From NCBI GenBank assembly GCA_963797095.1, contig CAWCNY010000002.1, forward strand, positions 1,088,001 to 1,152,000: a DNA stretch of 64,000 nucleotides. The letters run 5' to 3'. The notes beneath the pieces are model-generated. The model saw only the letters and a list, made by a program, of their open reading frames with translations. It did no database searches and was not told the origin of the DNA. This document shows positions 47,101 to 55,992 of this stretch, one piece after another (positions within the stretch are counted from its first letter, which is position 1; each line of letters begins with the position of its first letter). The DNA is from an uncultured Chloroflexia bacterium (GTDB lineage: Bacteria > Chloroflexota > Chloroflexia > QHBQ01 > JADMIH01). The position numbers and the translations under genes are program-made.

Positions 47101-47778
47101 GTCCTCGCTGGCCGAGATTGCGATGCACTGGTGGCTAGGGGTATTGGTAGTAAACTGGCTGATGAGCCACCTGCCCGCCATCGAGTCGTACAGGCCGATG
47201 ACATCGCCATCATTATTGCTTTCGCACTGGCCGCCGAAGCCGGTCCAGATGGTGTTCATGTTGGTGGGGCCGTAGATAGACGTGCCGTTCCTGGCGAACA
47301 CCTCGAATGTGGAGTTGACCGTCTGTACGTACTGGTTGCGCCCGATGTCGCCGTTGGTGTCGGGCGGTATGTAGCCATCGAGGTTGTACTGGCCCTCGAA
47401 GTTGGCTTCGGGGGTTGGCATTGTAAGAGGACCAGCCAGTTGCTGCCGGGTGGGGTCATCTCCCTTTAGGGTATCGCCGCCGGTGACGTTGCGCCGTTCA
47501 TGCCAGTTTTCGTCGGGGCGCGTCTTGGGTGTGAGCTTGATCGGGTATTCGCGTATAGGGAGCGAGATATCGCTCCTGGCCGGGTAGCGGATGATAGGCT
47601 CGCCTGCGGCCAGCTTGCGGGCATCACCCTGCCAGTCGATGGTGGTCTCGTCGGTTGTCATCACCTTGACACGTGTGCCCGCGCTGGTCGATACAATCGA
47701 GTTGAGCGCGCTGAGGCCCGTGACGATGGCAAGCAGCATGAAAAGAGTGACGACTATACGGGTTGGCCTGTTTCTCAT
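44146..47778 (-). CDS. Secreted multidomain surface protein (PPDT..G / RWGDYS domain, NIDO-like domain, Cys-rich SLH module)
   Basis: Signal peptide, Pro/Thr linkers, three SLH-like repeats; AAGGAG RBS. Confidence 0.82.
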   Translation of the reverse strand: MRNRPTRIVVTLFMLLAIVTGLSALNSIVSTSAGTRVKVMTTDETTIDWQGDARKLAAGEPIIRYPARSDISLPIREYPIKLTPKTRPDENWHERRNVTGGDTLKGDDPTRQQLAGPLTMPTPEANFEGQYNLDGYIPPDTNGDIGRNQYVQTVNSTFEVFARNGTSIYGPTNMNTIWTGFGGQCESNNDGDVIGLYDSMAGRWLISQFTTNTPSHQCIAISASEDAAGTYYRYDFVSGPTPGAFEDYPHFGVWPDAYYMTSNEFGGPYNGGNFAFERARMLEGDPTARMVFFGSSDGGLLPSDLDGALPPAGSPNYFVTYPDLSHLALYKFHVDWTTPSNSTFTGPTSLAVTPFTINRGGIPQLGTSVQVDPLNDRLMYRLAYRNFGDHEALALNYTIDTGSTVGPRWYELRDPNGTPTVYQEGTYSPADGIFRWMGSITFDHVGDMAIGFSASSSSIYPEIRYAGRLAGDPLGQMSQGEETLIAGGGSETNAAAPRWGDYSSISIDPLDDCTFWYTTEYFAQTGPRNWRTRIGSFKFPGCTGGTSTPVPTATGVYPTPTTPPPSPTPCTGYVSYTGVITNSDPTQTGRVNRGHPPSSCASPNSGSVTADGFVRHYDTYVYTNTTAVSQCVTIRVTNACSDNTTGSAAYLDTFNPASLAQNYLGDYGDIGGPQYSYSVNVPAGHAVVVVVHELSPNLGCESYTVEINPCTGGGGTPTTTPTPGTPTPTPACAMDYTVATGTATIVPGTNDIGNHTDDGMTFVSLPFPVQLYDQQFSGVNVSSNGNLQFVSTNDEYDNDCLASAAITDYAIFPFWDDQLTTPSGKGVFTSISGVEPNRIYNMEFRTCGYNTSTTCEPGTDTNYEIRLYEGQNKFDVIYGTMGLTGDDATLGVQRNPTQFTQYSCFTAISDGLLLSYSAPPCGTPTITPIPATSTATTPPATSTSPPATSTSTSPPATATSTSPPGATSTSPPGATSTSTSVAPTNTPGEVTATPTACTLEFTDVLPGSTFYDNIKCLACRGIINGYSSGCDTGNPCFKPANLVTRGQLAKIASNAAGFNDPTGPQQYEDVPLGSTFFEYIWQLTIRGYVNGYPCGGAGEPCGAGNLPYFRPNANITRGQISKIISNAAGLTAPAGSQQFQDVLPGSTFYEYIWRLTALGVMNGYACGGVGEPCVGPANLPYFRPGSNATRGQASKIVANTFLPGCQTPSR

Positions 47779-47964
47779 ACTTGGCTCCTTCCTTCCTCAC
47801 CTGATATGTGAAACGTGACAAATGGCTATCGTCTTTGGTCCCTTGAAATATCGGCAAATATATTCTTTCCCCTGCCGGGGACCAGGACCTGCCAATTGTA
47901 CATCCATAACCACGCCCGCGCTAGCCTTTTGGCACAAGCATTTTGGTAAATTTGCGAGGTAGTC

Positions 47965-48030
47965 GGATTCGCCGTCATATACTAAATGGCATTGATAGCA
48001 CAAATCTGGACAGGTTTTGGGGTGTACTTT
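47965..48030 (-). repeat. Dispersed ~65-bp element, copy C
   Basis: Reverse complement matches copy A over the first 31 nt plus CAATGCCATTTAGTA. Confidence 0.85.
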
Positions 48031-48077
48031 CGGGTGGTTTCCGGATGTAGATGCACCAGTATGGCAGTTTAGATCTC

Positions 48078-48107
48078 GTAGAGCGCGAGGCATGCCTAGC
48101 CCCTACA
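48078..48107 (-). repeat. GTAG-type REP palindrome
   Basis: TGTAGGGGCTAGGCATGCCTCGCGCTCTAC on the minus strand. Confidence 0.6.
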
Positions 48108-48163
48108 AGTGGATTTCATGAGGGTTCGCCTAGATTATTCGTTGGTTCGTCGTCTTTCGTCCT

Positions 48164-51100
48164 TCAGCGGATCGTTGCTGTACACGCCGGGAAGAAGGTG
48201 TTGGCTACTATCTTGGATGTTTGACCTCTCGTAACGCTGTTGGCGGGGCGGAAGTATGGACGGTTGCCCGGCATGCATGGTTCAGGGTTGCCGCAGGGAT
48301 AGCCGCTCATCACCCCCCTCGAAGCTAACCTTTCGATGAAGTCATAGAAGGTGGAGCCGGGTGGCACGTCCTCGAAGGTCTGCTCGGCGGTGGTATCGTT
48401 GTAGCCTGCCGCGTTGGAGACGATCTTGGCAAGCTGGCCGCGGGTGGCGGTGCCATTGGGCCGGAAGTAGGGGCGGTTGGCGGTGCCACATGGCTCGCCC
48501 GGCCCGCCGCAGGGGTAGCCCTGCATGACCCCCCTCGATGCAAGCCTGCCGATGAAATCGTAGAAGGTTGAGCCGAGCGGCACATCTTCGAATATCTGCA
48601 CGCCGGGGTCGTCGTTGAAGCCCGCCGAATTGGATACGATCTTGGCTATCTGCCCCCTGGTAACGTCGTTGCCCGGCTTGAAGCATGGGCTACCCGTCTC
48701 GCACCCCTCCGCGTATCCGTTGATTATGCCGAGACAGGCCAGGCAGTGGATGAATGGGTAGAAAGTGCTGTCGTTCGGCACATCCATGAATGCAAGGGTG
48801 CATAGGGTGGCGGTAGCGGTGACGACAGCACTGGTGGATGTCGCTTGAGGTATGCCCGTCAGGATGGGCGTAGACGAGGGATTGGCGGGTGTCTGGCTAG
48901 GCAGGAGCGTGTTAGAGGGGGTGCCGGTTGGGTTGGGAGTGGCACTGGGACCGCCCGGCGTCTGGGTCGGTTCCGGCGTGTCAGTGGGGGGCGTGTCAGT
49001 GGGGTTAGTAGTGCCGCTCGCGGTCGGGGTGCTGGTAGCTGTGGCTGTAGCTGTGGCTGTGGTAGTAGTAGTGGGGGTGCCTGGGGTAGGGGTGGCGCAG
49101 CTACCGAGATTGAAGTACACCGAATCGCTGATCGACCCTCCGCACCGGTATTGCGTGTAAAAGACGCCGTCTTTTTGAACGCCCACAAGAGCCACGTTTT
49201 GAGATGTGGAACCGTATCTCAATTCAAAACGCGCCAACCCCTCACTCAACCTTAGCTCGAAGTTGACCCGGTCGCCGCATACTCCGCCTGCGAAGTAGCA
49301 ACCCCTCCACTCTACATTGAAAGTGCGGAAAGGAGCAGTGCCCGATATCGACGTATAGATACCGTCGCCTGCGCTAGTGAGCAGCAGGTCGTCCCCGTTG
49401 GCGAAGATTGTGTATGTGGCGCTGGTTACGGGCATGCAAGTGGCCGCGAGGCCAGGGCTGCTCCCGAATGTGGCTATGCCGTTCGCGTAAACGTGCAACG
49501 TTGAGAAATACTGGTCGTAGAGCTTGTACGAGAAGGGCAGGCTGATCTCTACGCTACAATCGTCGCAGTTCGAGCCCGGAACAAAGGTAGTGCCCGGCAC
49601 TATTGGGTCCGTGTTGGTCCCTGTAGTATAGTTCTGGGTTGGGCATAGGGTGGGGATGGTGGTGGGAGTGTAAGTGGGTGGCGGCGTAACAGGAGTGCCT
49701 GTGGTCGTATCGATCGTGAGGCACCACCCGTCTTCAATATAGCCGTCGAAGCCTGGGTAATCATCAACAATATAGAGGCTCCAGGTGCCGTTGGGGTCGG
49801 TACCGTTAAAGGCCGACAGCGTAGATCCCCAGGGTGCAGGAGGGGCGGGTGGCGGGTAGTTGTCGTCGTAAGGCGGGCTTTCGTAGTTGGTGGGGCTTAC
49901 TATGAACGGGCTTGAAGGCGGGCACCCTACCTGTGGGAACTGCGGCGCTCCGTCCACAAACTGTATATCGACGTCATTGGAGTGGCAAGCATCCCCGGCG
50001 TCGGACAGGAGCACCACGCTCTGGCCCTGAGGCCCAACCAGCAGTATGTCGAGATCGCCCGTCCATTGCGTCTGCACGTTGCTCAGTGTGACGCTCATGC
50101 CCGTGATGGTGCCGCTAAGGCCGCTCACCTCAATATGCGATGGGTAGGGAGTGGCGGTGCCCCACTGAGGCCATGTGATCTCGTCAGTGTTGCAGAACGT
50201 ATCGCCTGTGAAGGGTGTGGGTGAACTTGTGGGTGTGGAAGTGGATGGCGCGGTTGGAGTGCGCGACGCAGTTGAAGTAGGAGTGCTCGTTGGTGTCGAG
50301 GTTTGTGTGGGGACGATAGAAGGGGTTCCTGTGGCTGTGGGGCTGGCACCGGCAGGCGTGGGGGTGCGGGTTGGTGTGCCGCCACCGCCCGGCAGCACAT
50401 CCAGGAAGATTGCGCTGATGGCCCCCCAGCTCTGGAAGCCTTCATAGCTGTTCACACCCCGCCCGCGTACCATCAGAAGGTGCCTGCCGGGCGTGAGGCC
50501 CGATGTATCGACGGTGGCCTGCACCCCCTCGGTAGCCGAGTTGAAGCTTCCGTCGATGGGTTGCATCGCTATGCCTGTGCCTCCCGCCCAGGGTGGGTTG
50601 TCAATGTAGTATTCGGCGGCGGCTACATTCTGGTAGTAGGTGTTCAACTCGTTTGGATTGTTGCTCGACCAGTTGTAATTGATACTGGCCGTCAGGTTCG
50701 CGGAGGTGCCCTGGGTGACAGTCATCGGGGTGGATACCACCGAATTTGTATCAGGGCCGCGCGTCATCAGGTAGGGCTGGCGCGCCAGCTTGCTGAGATA
50801 GATCAGCGGGCCTCTGTTGGCGTTCCAGTCGACGGCTACCTGGCTGTAGGGAGGGGTAAAGCTGCCGCCGCTATCAAGCTCGATGGTGAAGCCGGGGGCA
50901 CCCAGGTCGCCGTACTCGGCGTCGTCGATTGCGCCGTCTGTGGGGTAGAGGCCCACCGATTGCTCCATGAGATAGCCATTGCCTCCCACGCCGGTGGCTG
51001 CCATGTGCTTGGCAAGGTTACGCAGGTCGTCGTTGTTGGGCGCGTGGTCGAAGGTCTGTCCCCACGGATAGAGGGTAAGGCGGGCGTCTGAATGCATATC

Positions 51101-52159
51101 GAGGAATGCGCCCGTGGTGGTGATGGGTGCGGCGTCGGCCAGGTTGGGGCCGCGCTGGTCGGGGATCAGTTCGTTGCGCTTGGCGGTGATGAACTGGGTC
51201 TCAGGCTCGGAGGCGGGCGAGGGACCGCGATAGGTGAGGTTGCAGGGTGCGCCGCTGGATCCTCCGCAGCACCCCCACATGAAGGCGAAGTTGCGGTTGA
51301 GGTCGGTGCCGAACTGGCTGCTGCCGTTAGGAGGCCATGTACTGCAACCATTGGCCTTGTCGGCGTTCTTGCGCTGCGTCCTGGGGGTGGCGGTGCCGTT
51401 CTCCACAATGTGGTGGCCGTCAGGGTTGGACATAGGCACGATCCAAATTTCGTCCCAGTCTACGAGCCAGCGTGCATCGGCGTTGGTGTTGTAGCCGTCC
51501 AGCAGCCAGTTGATGTAATTAATGGCAAGCTCAGGCGGCACGATCTCCCGCGAGTGTAGGCCCGCGTTGAACCAGAACACAGGCTTGGTGCCGGTGATGT
51601 TCTGGTTGGTGATGCGCAAAGCGTACAGGTCGTAGCCGTTGTAATTGTTCGGCTGGGTGCACTGGTCGGGGTTGACCTTGCACCAGGAGTCGCCGATGTC
51701 CACTTTCTGCGCGAGGGTGGGGTACTGCGCCACCTTCTGGTCGAGGAAGGCTTGCATCTCCTCGACGGTGTAGTAGCCGTTGTAGAAGTTGTCGGCATTG
51801 TGGCCGAAAACGGGCGGGTTCTCCCTCGCGTAGTTAGTGGCATCCACGTCAACTTGCACATTGAGGCCGCGCGCCGCCAATTCGTTGTAAGTATCGCGGT
51901 CGGCTTGCAACGAGAGGTATCCGCCCTGGGCGTATTGCTGTTCGAGGCCGAACTCGCTTGTCACGTCTGCGTATTCGATCTGGCTCCGGTAATATATACG
52001 CAGCACAAGCATATCTCCCTGCGTCGATAGCACCGAGGGGGTCGGAGCTTGGGCGCGGGCGGGGCCAGCGCTGCCGCTGAAGGCTACCACTACCAGGCAG
52101 GCCAGGGTTAAGATCACGCTCAGTCTGAAAAAAGGCAGTATAGCATAGCGCTTCGCCAA
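48164..52159 (-). CDS. M14 zinc carboxypeptidase + proprotein-convertase P domain + NIDO-like domain + SLH module
   Basis: HSRE, NPDG, RKN, DLNRN, SEPET, DMHS, FTIEL; DLDILLVGP.G..V.L / G.W.L.I.D. Confidence 0.9.
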   Translation of the reverse strand: MAKRYAILPFFRLSVILTLACLVVVAFSGSAGPARAQAPTPSVLSTQGDMLVLRIYYRSQIEYADVTSEFGLEQQYAQGGYLSLQADRDTYNELAARGLNVQVDVDATNYARENPPVFGHNADNFYNGYYTVEEMQAFLDQKVAQYPTLAQKVDIGDSWCKVNPDQCTQPNNYNGYDLYALRITNQNITGTKPVFWFNAGLHSREIVPPELAINYINWLLDGYNTNADARWLVDWDEIWIVPMSNPDGHHIVENGTATPRTQRKNADKANGCSTWPPNGSSQFGTDLNRNFAFMWGCCGGSSGAPCNLTYRGPSPASEPETQFITAKRNELIPDQRGPNLADAAPITTTGAFLDMHSDARLTLYPWGQTFDHAPNNDDLRNLAKHMAATGVGGNGYLMEQSVGLYPTDGAIDDAEYGDLGAPGFTIELDSGGSFTPPYSQVAVDWNANRGPLIYLSKLARQPYLMTRGPDTNSVVSTPMTVTQGTSANLTASINYNWSSNNPNELNTYYQNVAAAEYYIDNPPWAGGTGIAMQPIDGSFNSATEGVQATVDTSGLTPGRHLLMVRGRGVNSYEGFQSWGAISAIFLDVLPGGGGTPTRTPTPAGASPTATGTPSIVPTQTSTPTSTPTSTASRTPTAPSTSTPTSSPTPFTGDTFCNTDEITWPQWGTATPYPSHIEVSGLSGTITGMSVTLSNVQTQWTGDLDILLVGPQGQSVVLLSDAGDACHSNDVDIQFVDGAPQFPQVGCPPSSPFIVSPTNYESPPYDDNYPPPAPPAPWGSTLSAFNGTDPNGTWSLYIVDDYPGFDGYIEDGWCLTIDTTTGTPVTPPPTYTPTTIPTLCPTQNYTTGTNTDPIVPGTTFVPGSNCDDCSVEISLPFSYKLYDQYFSTLHVYANGIATFGSSPGLAATCMPVTSATYTIFANGDDLLLTSAGDGIYTSISGTAPFRTFNVEWRGCYFAGGVCGDRVNFELRLSEGLARFELRYGSTSQNVALVGVQKDGVFYTQYRCGGSISDSVYFNLGSCATPTPGTPTTTTTATATATATSTPTASGTTNPTDTPPTDTPEPTQTPGGPSATPNPTGTPSNTLLPSQTPANPSSTPILTGIPQATSTSAVVTATATLCTLAFMDVPNDSTFYPFIHCLACLGIINGYAEGCETGSPCFKPGNDVTRGQIAKIVSNSAGFNDDPGVQIFEDVPLGSTFYDFIGRLASRGVMQGYPCGGPGEPCGTANRPYFRPNGTATRGQLAKIVSNAAGYNDTTAEQTFEDVPPGSTFYDFIERLASRGVMSGYPCGNPEPCMPGNRPYFRPANSVTRGQTSKIVANTFFPACTATIR

Positions 52160-52198
52160 CGGATGCCCCTCCTCCATGAATGATATAGATTGTGGTAC

Positions 52199-52224
52199 AA
52201 AAAAGCCCAGGCAGTGGCCGGGCT
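52199..52224 (-). terminator. Intrinsic terminator
   Basis: AGCCCgGCCAC..GCCTGGGCT followed by TTTTTT on the minus strand. Confidence 0.65.
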
Positions 52225-52225
52225 A

Positions 52226-55200
52226 CTATCTTCGCTGCGGAGTGCAACCAGGAAGAAATGTGTTACTGACGATCTTGGATAATTGGCCCCTGGTAGCGTC
52301 GTTACTCGGGCGGAAATACGGCAGGTTTCCCACACCGCACGGCTCACCTGGCCCTCCACAGGGATAGCCATTCATTATACCGCGCAATGCCAACCTGTAA
52401 ATAAAGTCGTAGAAAGTGGAGCCTGGGTCTACGTCCTCGAATTGCTGTGAGCCAGGGGGATCGGTGGGGCCCGCCGCCTCGGACACTATCTTGCTTATCT
52501 GCCCCCTGGTGGCGTTGCCGTTCGGGCGGAAATATGGCAGGTTTCCGTCTCCACAAGGCTCACCCTGTCCTCCACATGCATAGCCTGATATGATTTCTCT
52601 GGAGGCCAGCCGCCACACGAAATCGTAGAAAGTGGAGCCAGGTACCACATCCTCGAATTGCTGTGGTCCTCCCGCTTCCGAGAACCCGGCTGCGTTCGAC
52701 ACAATCTTGGCGATCTGCCCACGTGTAACGTTGTTGTTCGGGCGGAACGTGCCATCGGGATACCCGTTGAGTATGCCCATGCACGCCAGGCACTTTATAA
52801 ACGTGTAGAAGGTGCTCCCCACAGGAACGTCGGAGAAGGGAATCGTGCAGGCGGCAGGCGTAGCCGTAGATGTGCCTGTGGGAACGGTGGTGGCTGTGGC
52901 TGTGCTTACAGATGTGCTGGTGGCCGTGGCGATGGCGGGGACTGTTCCGGTCGATGTAGCGGCGGACGTGGAGGTGGAGGTGGGAGTGGATGTCGGGATC
53001 GAGGTAGAAGTGGGTGCGGTTGTGGGCGTGTTGGTGGCTGCTGGCGCGGTCCCCGTGGCAGTATTGAGGGCGCTAGGTGTGCGCGTCGCCGTTGAGGTAG
53101 ACGTGGAAGTGGGGATGGCGGATGGTGTGGAGGTAGAGGTAGAGGTAGAGGTGGAGCTAGGACCGGGCGTGGGCGTGCCGCCTGCCGGGTCGCTGATCTT
53201 GCTGATGAACACGTCGAAGGGCGCGGCGTTGTGGTCCTGGAATGGGTTGGCTGTTGGGAAGTTAGTAGAAGCCGTAAATCCCGAGGCGTATACCGCTCCG
53301 TCATCGTCGATAGCCGCTCCCTGGCCGTAGTCGCTGCCGGAACCACCCAGGTACGTAATGAACGAAGCAGGATTACCCGCAGGGGTCATTTTGAGTGCGA
53401 AAGCATCTAATGCGCCCCCGTAGGTGGGCTGAATCGGGTTGACCAAAGGGAAGTCGGCACTGTCGACGATGCCTACCACAGCGACCTCGCCGGCCGCATT
53501 GACCGCGATCCCTTGCCCGCGCTCGTTCCCCGGGCCATGACCACCGACATAGGTCGAGTAGATCAAGGCTGTGCCCGCGGCGTTCATCTTGCTGACGAAC
53601 ACGTCATAGAAACCGACCAGGGTGGGTTGGATGGGGTTCACGACCGGAAAATCATCCGAATCGGTGTCGCCCGTTACATAGATGTTGTTTTCGCTATCTA
53701 GGGTGATAGCAAAGCCCGTATCCGCGCCTGAGCCGCCTATCGTGTGACCTCCACCGAAGTAGGTTGAAAAGACAAATGCGCTGCCATCCGGGTTCAGCTT
53801 GGTTATGAAGGCATCCGACTCGCCTCCCTGGTATGTTGGGAAGAACGCGTTAAACGTAGGGAAATCCTGCGAGCTGGTTACACCCGTTGCGTAGGCGTTG
53901 CCCGTGCTATCTGCGGCGATACCATAAGCGTCCTCGCCGTCGAACTGCACAGACCCGCCCAGGAATGTCGAATAGACATAGGATTGGCCGTCGGATGTGT
54001 ATTTGGTGATGAAGGCATCGCCTGCACCGGACATAGTGCCCTGGATGGCGTTGAATGTTGGGAAGTTAGCCGAAATGGTGGACCCACATACGTAGATGTT
54101 GCCCGCCTGGTCAACATCCACTCCAGATCCCTGGTCCATAGTGCTCCCCCCCAGGTAGGTCGAAAAGACCAAAGCCGACCCCTCCGGGTTTACCTTCAGG
54201 ACGAACGCATCGATCCAGCCTCCATTCGAGGGTTGTTTAGGGTTGACAGTCGGGAAATCGGTTGAGGTGGTTTGTCCGGTGACCACCGCGTTACCGTCGC
54301 TATCCACCTTGATACCTCTGGCCCAGTCTACATCGTTGCCGCCCAGGTAGGTCGAGTAGACCAGCGCATCGCCGGAGGCGTTCATTTTGGTGATAATTAC
54401 GTCAGCGGACTTGGTGTGGTTGGGCTGTATGGGGTCGTGCACTGGGTAGTCATCTGAGCCTGTAACTCCCACGATATACATGTTCCGCGAGGGATCCACG
54501 GCGAGCGCGTATGCGCCATCGCTTCCCGTGCCGCCCAGATAAGTGGAATATGTGAGAGTGGGGTCTATCACAAGTGGCCGCGCCGAATCGTAGGAGCCAA
54601 CCTTGAAGCCGATGCTGCCGTCCGCGCGGATGCTGTAACTCGCAGGCACGCTCACCTTCTGCCCATCTATCTCCTGCCATGCTACCGGCGCGGCCTCCAC
54701 CAATTGCGAGTCCTGCCCTGAGCTTAGCGCGATCGTGAGATTGCCGCTTTCGTCTACGGTGGGCGTTCCGGCACCGTCATAACGCCAGCTAATGATCAAG
54801 GGGTTGGCTCCCGGCGCTATTGCGTAGGTGCCCTTCAGTTGCCCCTGCCGGTCGCCTGAGTAGGCAAGGTCTATCCCGGCGTACAGTCCTTTGTAGAAGA
54901 TATCGCCGTATAGCGGTACATCCGTGTGCCAGGCCGAAGGATCGTTGCCAATAAAGTAGTTGACCTTGCCGGGAGCGACTGCGCCGTGCTCGATTGTACG
55001 TGCAGGGTCAGCGCCAAGGAAGCGGACCCTTACTACGCTTGTGGTTTGTGATGTCGGCGCTTGAGGGGCAGCAAGACCGGGGCCGCGTGCGCGCTCGCCT
55101 CCCTGCATATCTTCGTCGGGTTGCGCGCCGAATGTCAATGTGACTTCGGAGGGGGTGAAATAGAGGTTAGCGCCGGGCGCGTGTGCGAGGTAGCGTACCG

Positions 55201-55378
55201 CCTCTCCGGTCTGGCCCACGTTCGGCTCGAAAAGGAGGCCGAGATGGGATGTGGTGAGGCTCTGAGTTGCGGCGCCGTTCGGTGATGTGCGGAATGCACT
55301 GCCCGACAGGCAGTATGATAAGACGGCCAGGATAACCAGCGAGAATCCTGCCAGCCTTTTGCGCGCTTGCCTGGACAT
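52226..55378 (-). CDS. SBBP beta-propeller repeat protein + SLH module
   Basis: FEPNVGQ, LVIDP, repeated YSTYLGG...D....IAVD..GN.YV.G.T.S.DFP. Confidence 0.9.
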   Translation of the reverse strand: MSRQARKRLAGFSLVILAVLSYCLSGSAFRTSPNGAATQSLTTSHLGLLFEPNVGQTGEAVRYLAHAPGANLYFTPSEVTLTFGAQPDEDMQGGERARGPGLAAPQAPTSQTTSVVRVRFLGADPARTIEHGAVAPGKVNYFIGNDPSAWHTDVPLYGDIFYKGLYAGIDLAYSGDRQGQLKGTYAIAPGANPLIISWRYDGAGTPTVDESGNLTIALSSGQDSQLVEAAPVAWQEIDGQKVSVPASYSIRADGSIGFKVGSYDSARPLVIDPTLTYSTYLGGTGSDGAYALAVDPSRNMYIVGVTGSDDYPVHDPIQPNHTKSADVIITKMNASGDALVYSTYLGGNDVDWARGIKVDSDGNAVVTGQTTSTDFPTVNPKQPSNGGWIDAFVLKVNPEGSALVFSTYLGGSTMDQGSGVDVDQAGNIYVCGSTISANFPTFNAIQGTMSGAGDAFITKYTSDGQSYVYSTFLGGSVQFDGEDAYGIAADSTGNAYATGVTSSQDFPTFNAFFPTYQGGESDAFITKLNPDGSAFVFSTYFGGGHTIGGSGADTGFAITLDSENNIYVTGDTDSDDFPVVNPIQPTLVGFYDVFVSKMNAAGTALIYSTYVGGHGPGNERGQGIAVNAAGEVAVVGIVDSADFPLVNPIQPTYGGALDAFALKMTPAGNPASFITYLGGSGSDYGQGAAIDDDGAVYASGFTASTNFPTANPFQDHNAAPFDVFISKISDPAGGTPTPGPSSTSTSTSTSTPSAIPTSTSTSTATRTPSALNTATGTAPAATNTPTTAPTSTSIPTSTPTSTSTSAATSTGTVPAIATATSTSVSTATATTVPTGTSTATPAACTIPFSDVPVGSTFYTFIKCLACMGILNGYPDGTFRPNNNVTRGQIAKIVSNAAGFSEAGGPQQFEDVVPGSTFYDFVWRLASREIISGYACGGQGEPCGDGNLPYFRPNGNATRGQISKIVSEAAGPTDPPGSQQFEDVDPGSTFYDFIYRLALRGIMNGYPCGGPGEPCGVGNLPYFRPSNDATRGQLSKIVSNTFLPGCTPQRR

Positions 55379-55393
55379 TGGCGGCCCCCTTGC

Positions 55394-55891
55394 TTAGGAG
55401 AGGATACGATAGAGATGTTCTATCGGAACCACGCGTGAGAGGAGCGCGTGAACAGGGCAATATTTCGTGATTGAGAGTTCTATAGCACGGGCTACCGCCG
55501 GCGCATCCACCTTCGGGCCGGACACCATATGCTCGACCACTATGCTCGTGTAGATTTTGGGGTGTTCGGTGGCCTCGGTGGCGTACACATTGATCTCGTA
55601 GCCCGTAACGATCTGGCGCTTCTTTCTGAGGATCGAGATCACGTCCATGCCGGTACAGGTCGCCAGCGATATAAGGAGCAGACCTTTCGGTTCAGGGCCT
55701 GTGCTGTCGCCGCCCACCAATGGGTCGGCGTCTATTCTGAGCAGATGCCCGCTAGGCGCGGTGGCGTCGAAGGCCATGCGGGCTGTATTGGGCATTGTAA
55801 TGCGTGCAATTGCCGGGTAATCTGTAGGTTCGACAGGCTCCGAAATATGGCGGGGCTGCGCAGGCGAAATGCTTTCTGTAGGAGGGAACAT
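55394..55891 (-). CDS. OsmC family protein
   Basis: GP.P..LLL..LA.C.GMDV..IL.K.R; LS..KYC.V. Confidence 0.9.
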   Translation of the reverse strand: MFPPTESISPAQPRHISEPVEPTDYPAIARITMPNTARMAFDATAPSGHLLRIDADPLVGGDSTGPEPKGLLLISLATCTGMDVISILRKKRQIVTGYEINVYATEATEHPKIYTSIVVEHMVSGPKVDAPAVARAIELSITKYCPVHALLSRVVPIEHLYRILS

Positions 55892-55992
55892 TAAGTGAAT
55901 TAGGCCCCTTTCTAAAGGTGGGCGGGGAGGTAAGGTGATGCCTTGTTACGGAAGTATAGCAGGCATGCTGTGCAGGCGCAAGAGGCGCGCCT

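Noticed and set aside
8321-48030. Dispersed 65-bp element as prophage att sites or IS ends
   Set aside because: Three copies in mixed orientation, no integrase, no TSD, and housekeeping genes lie between them.
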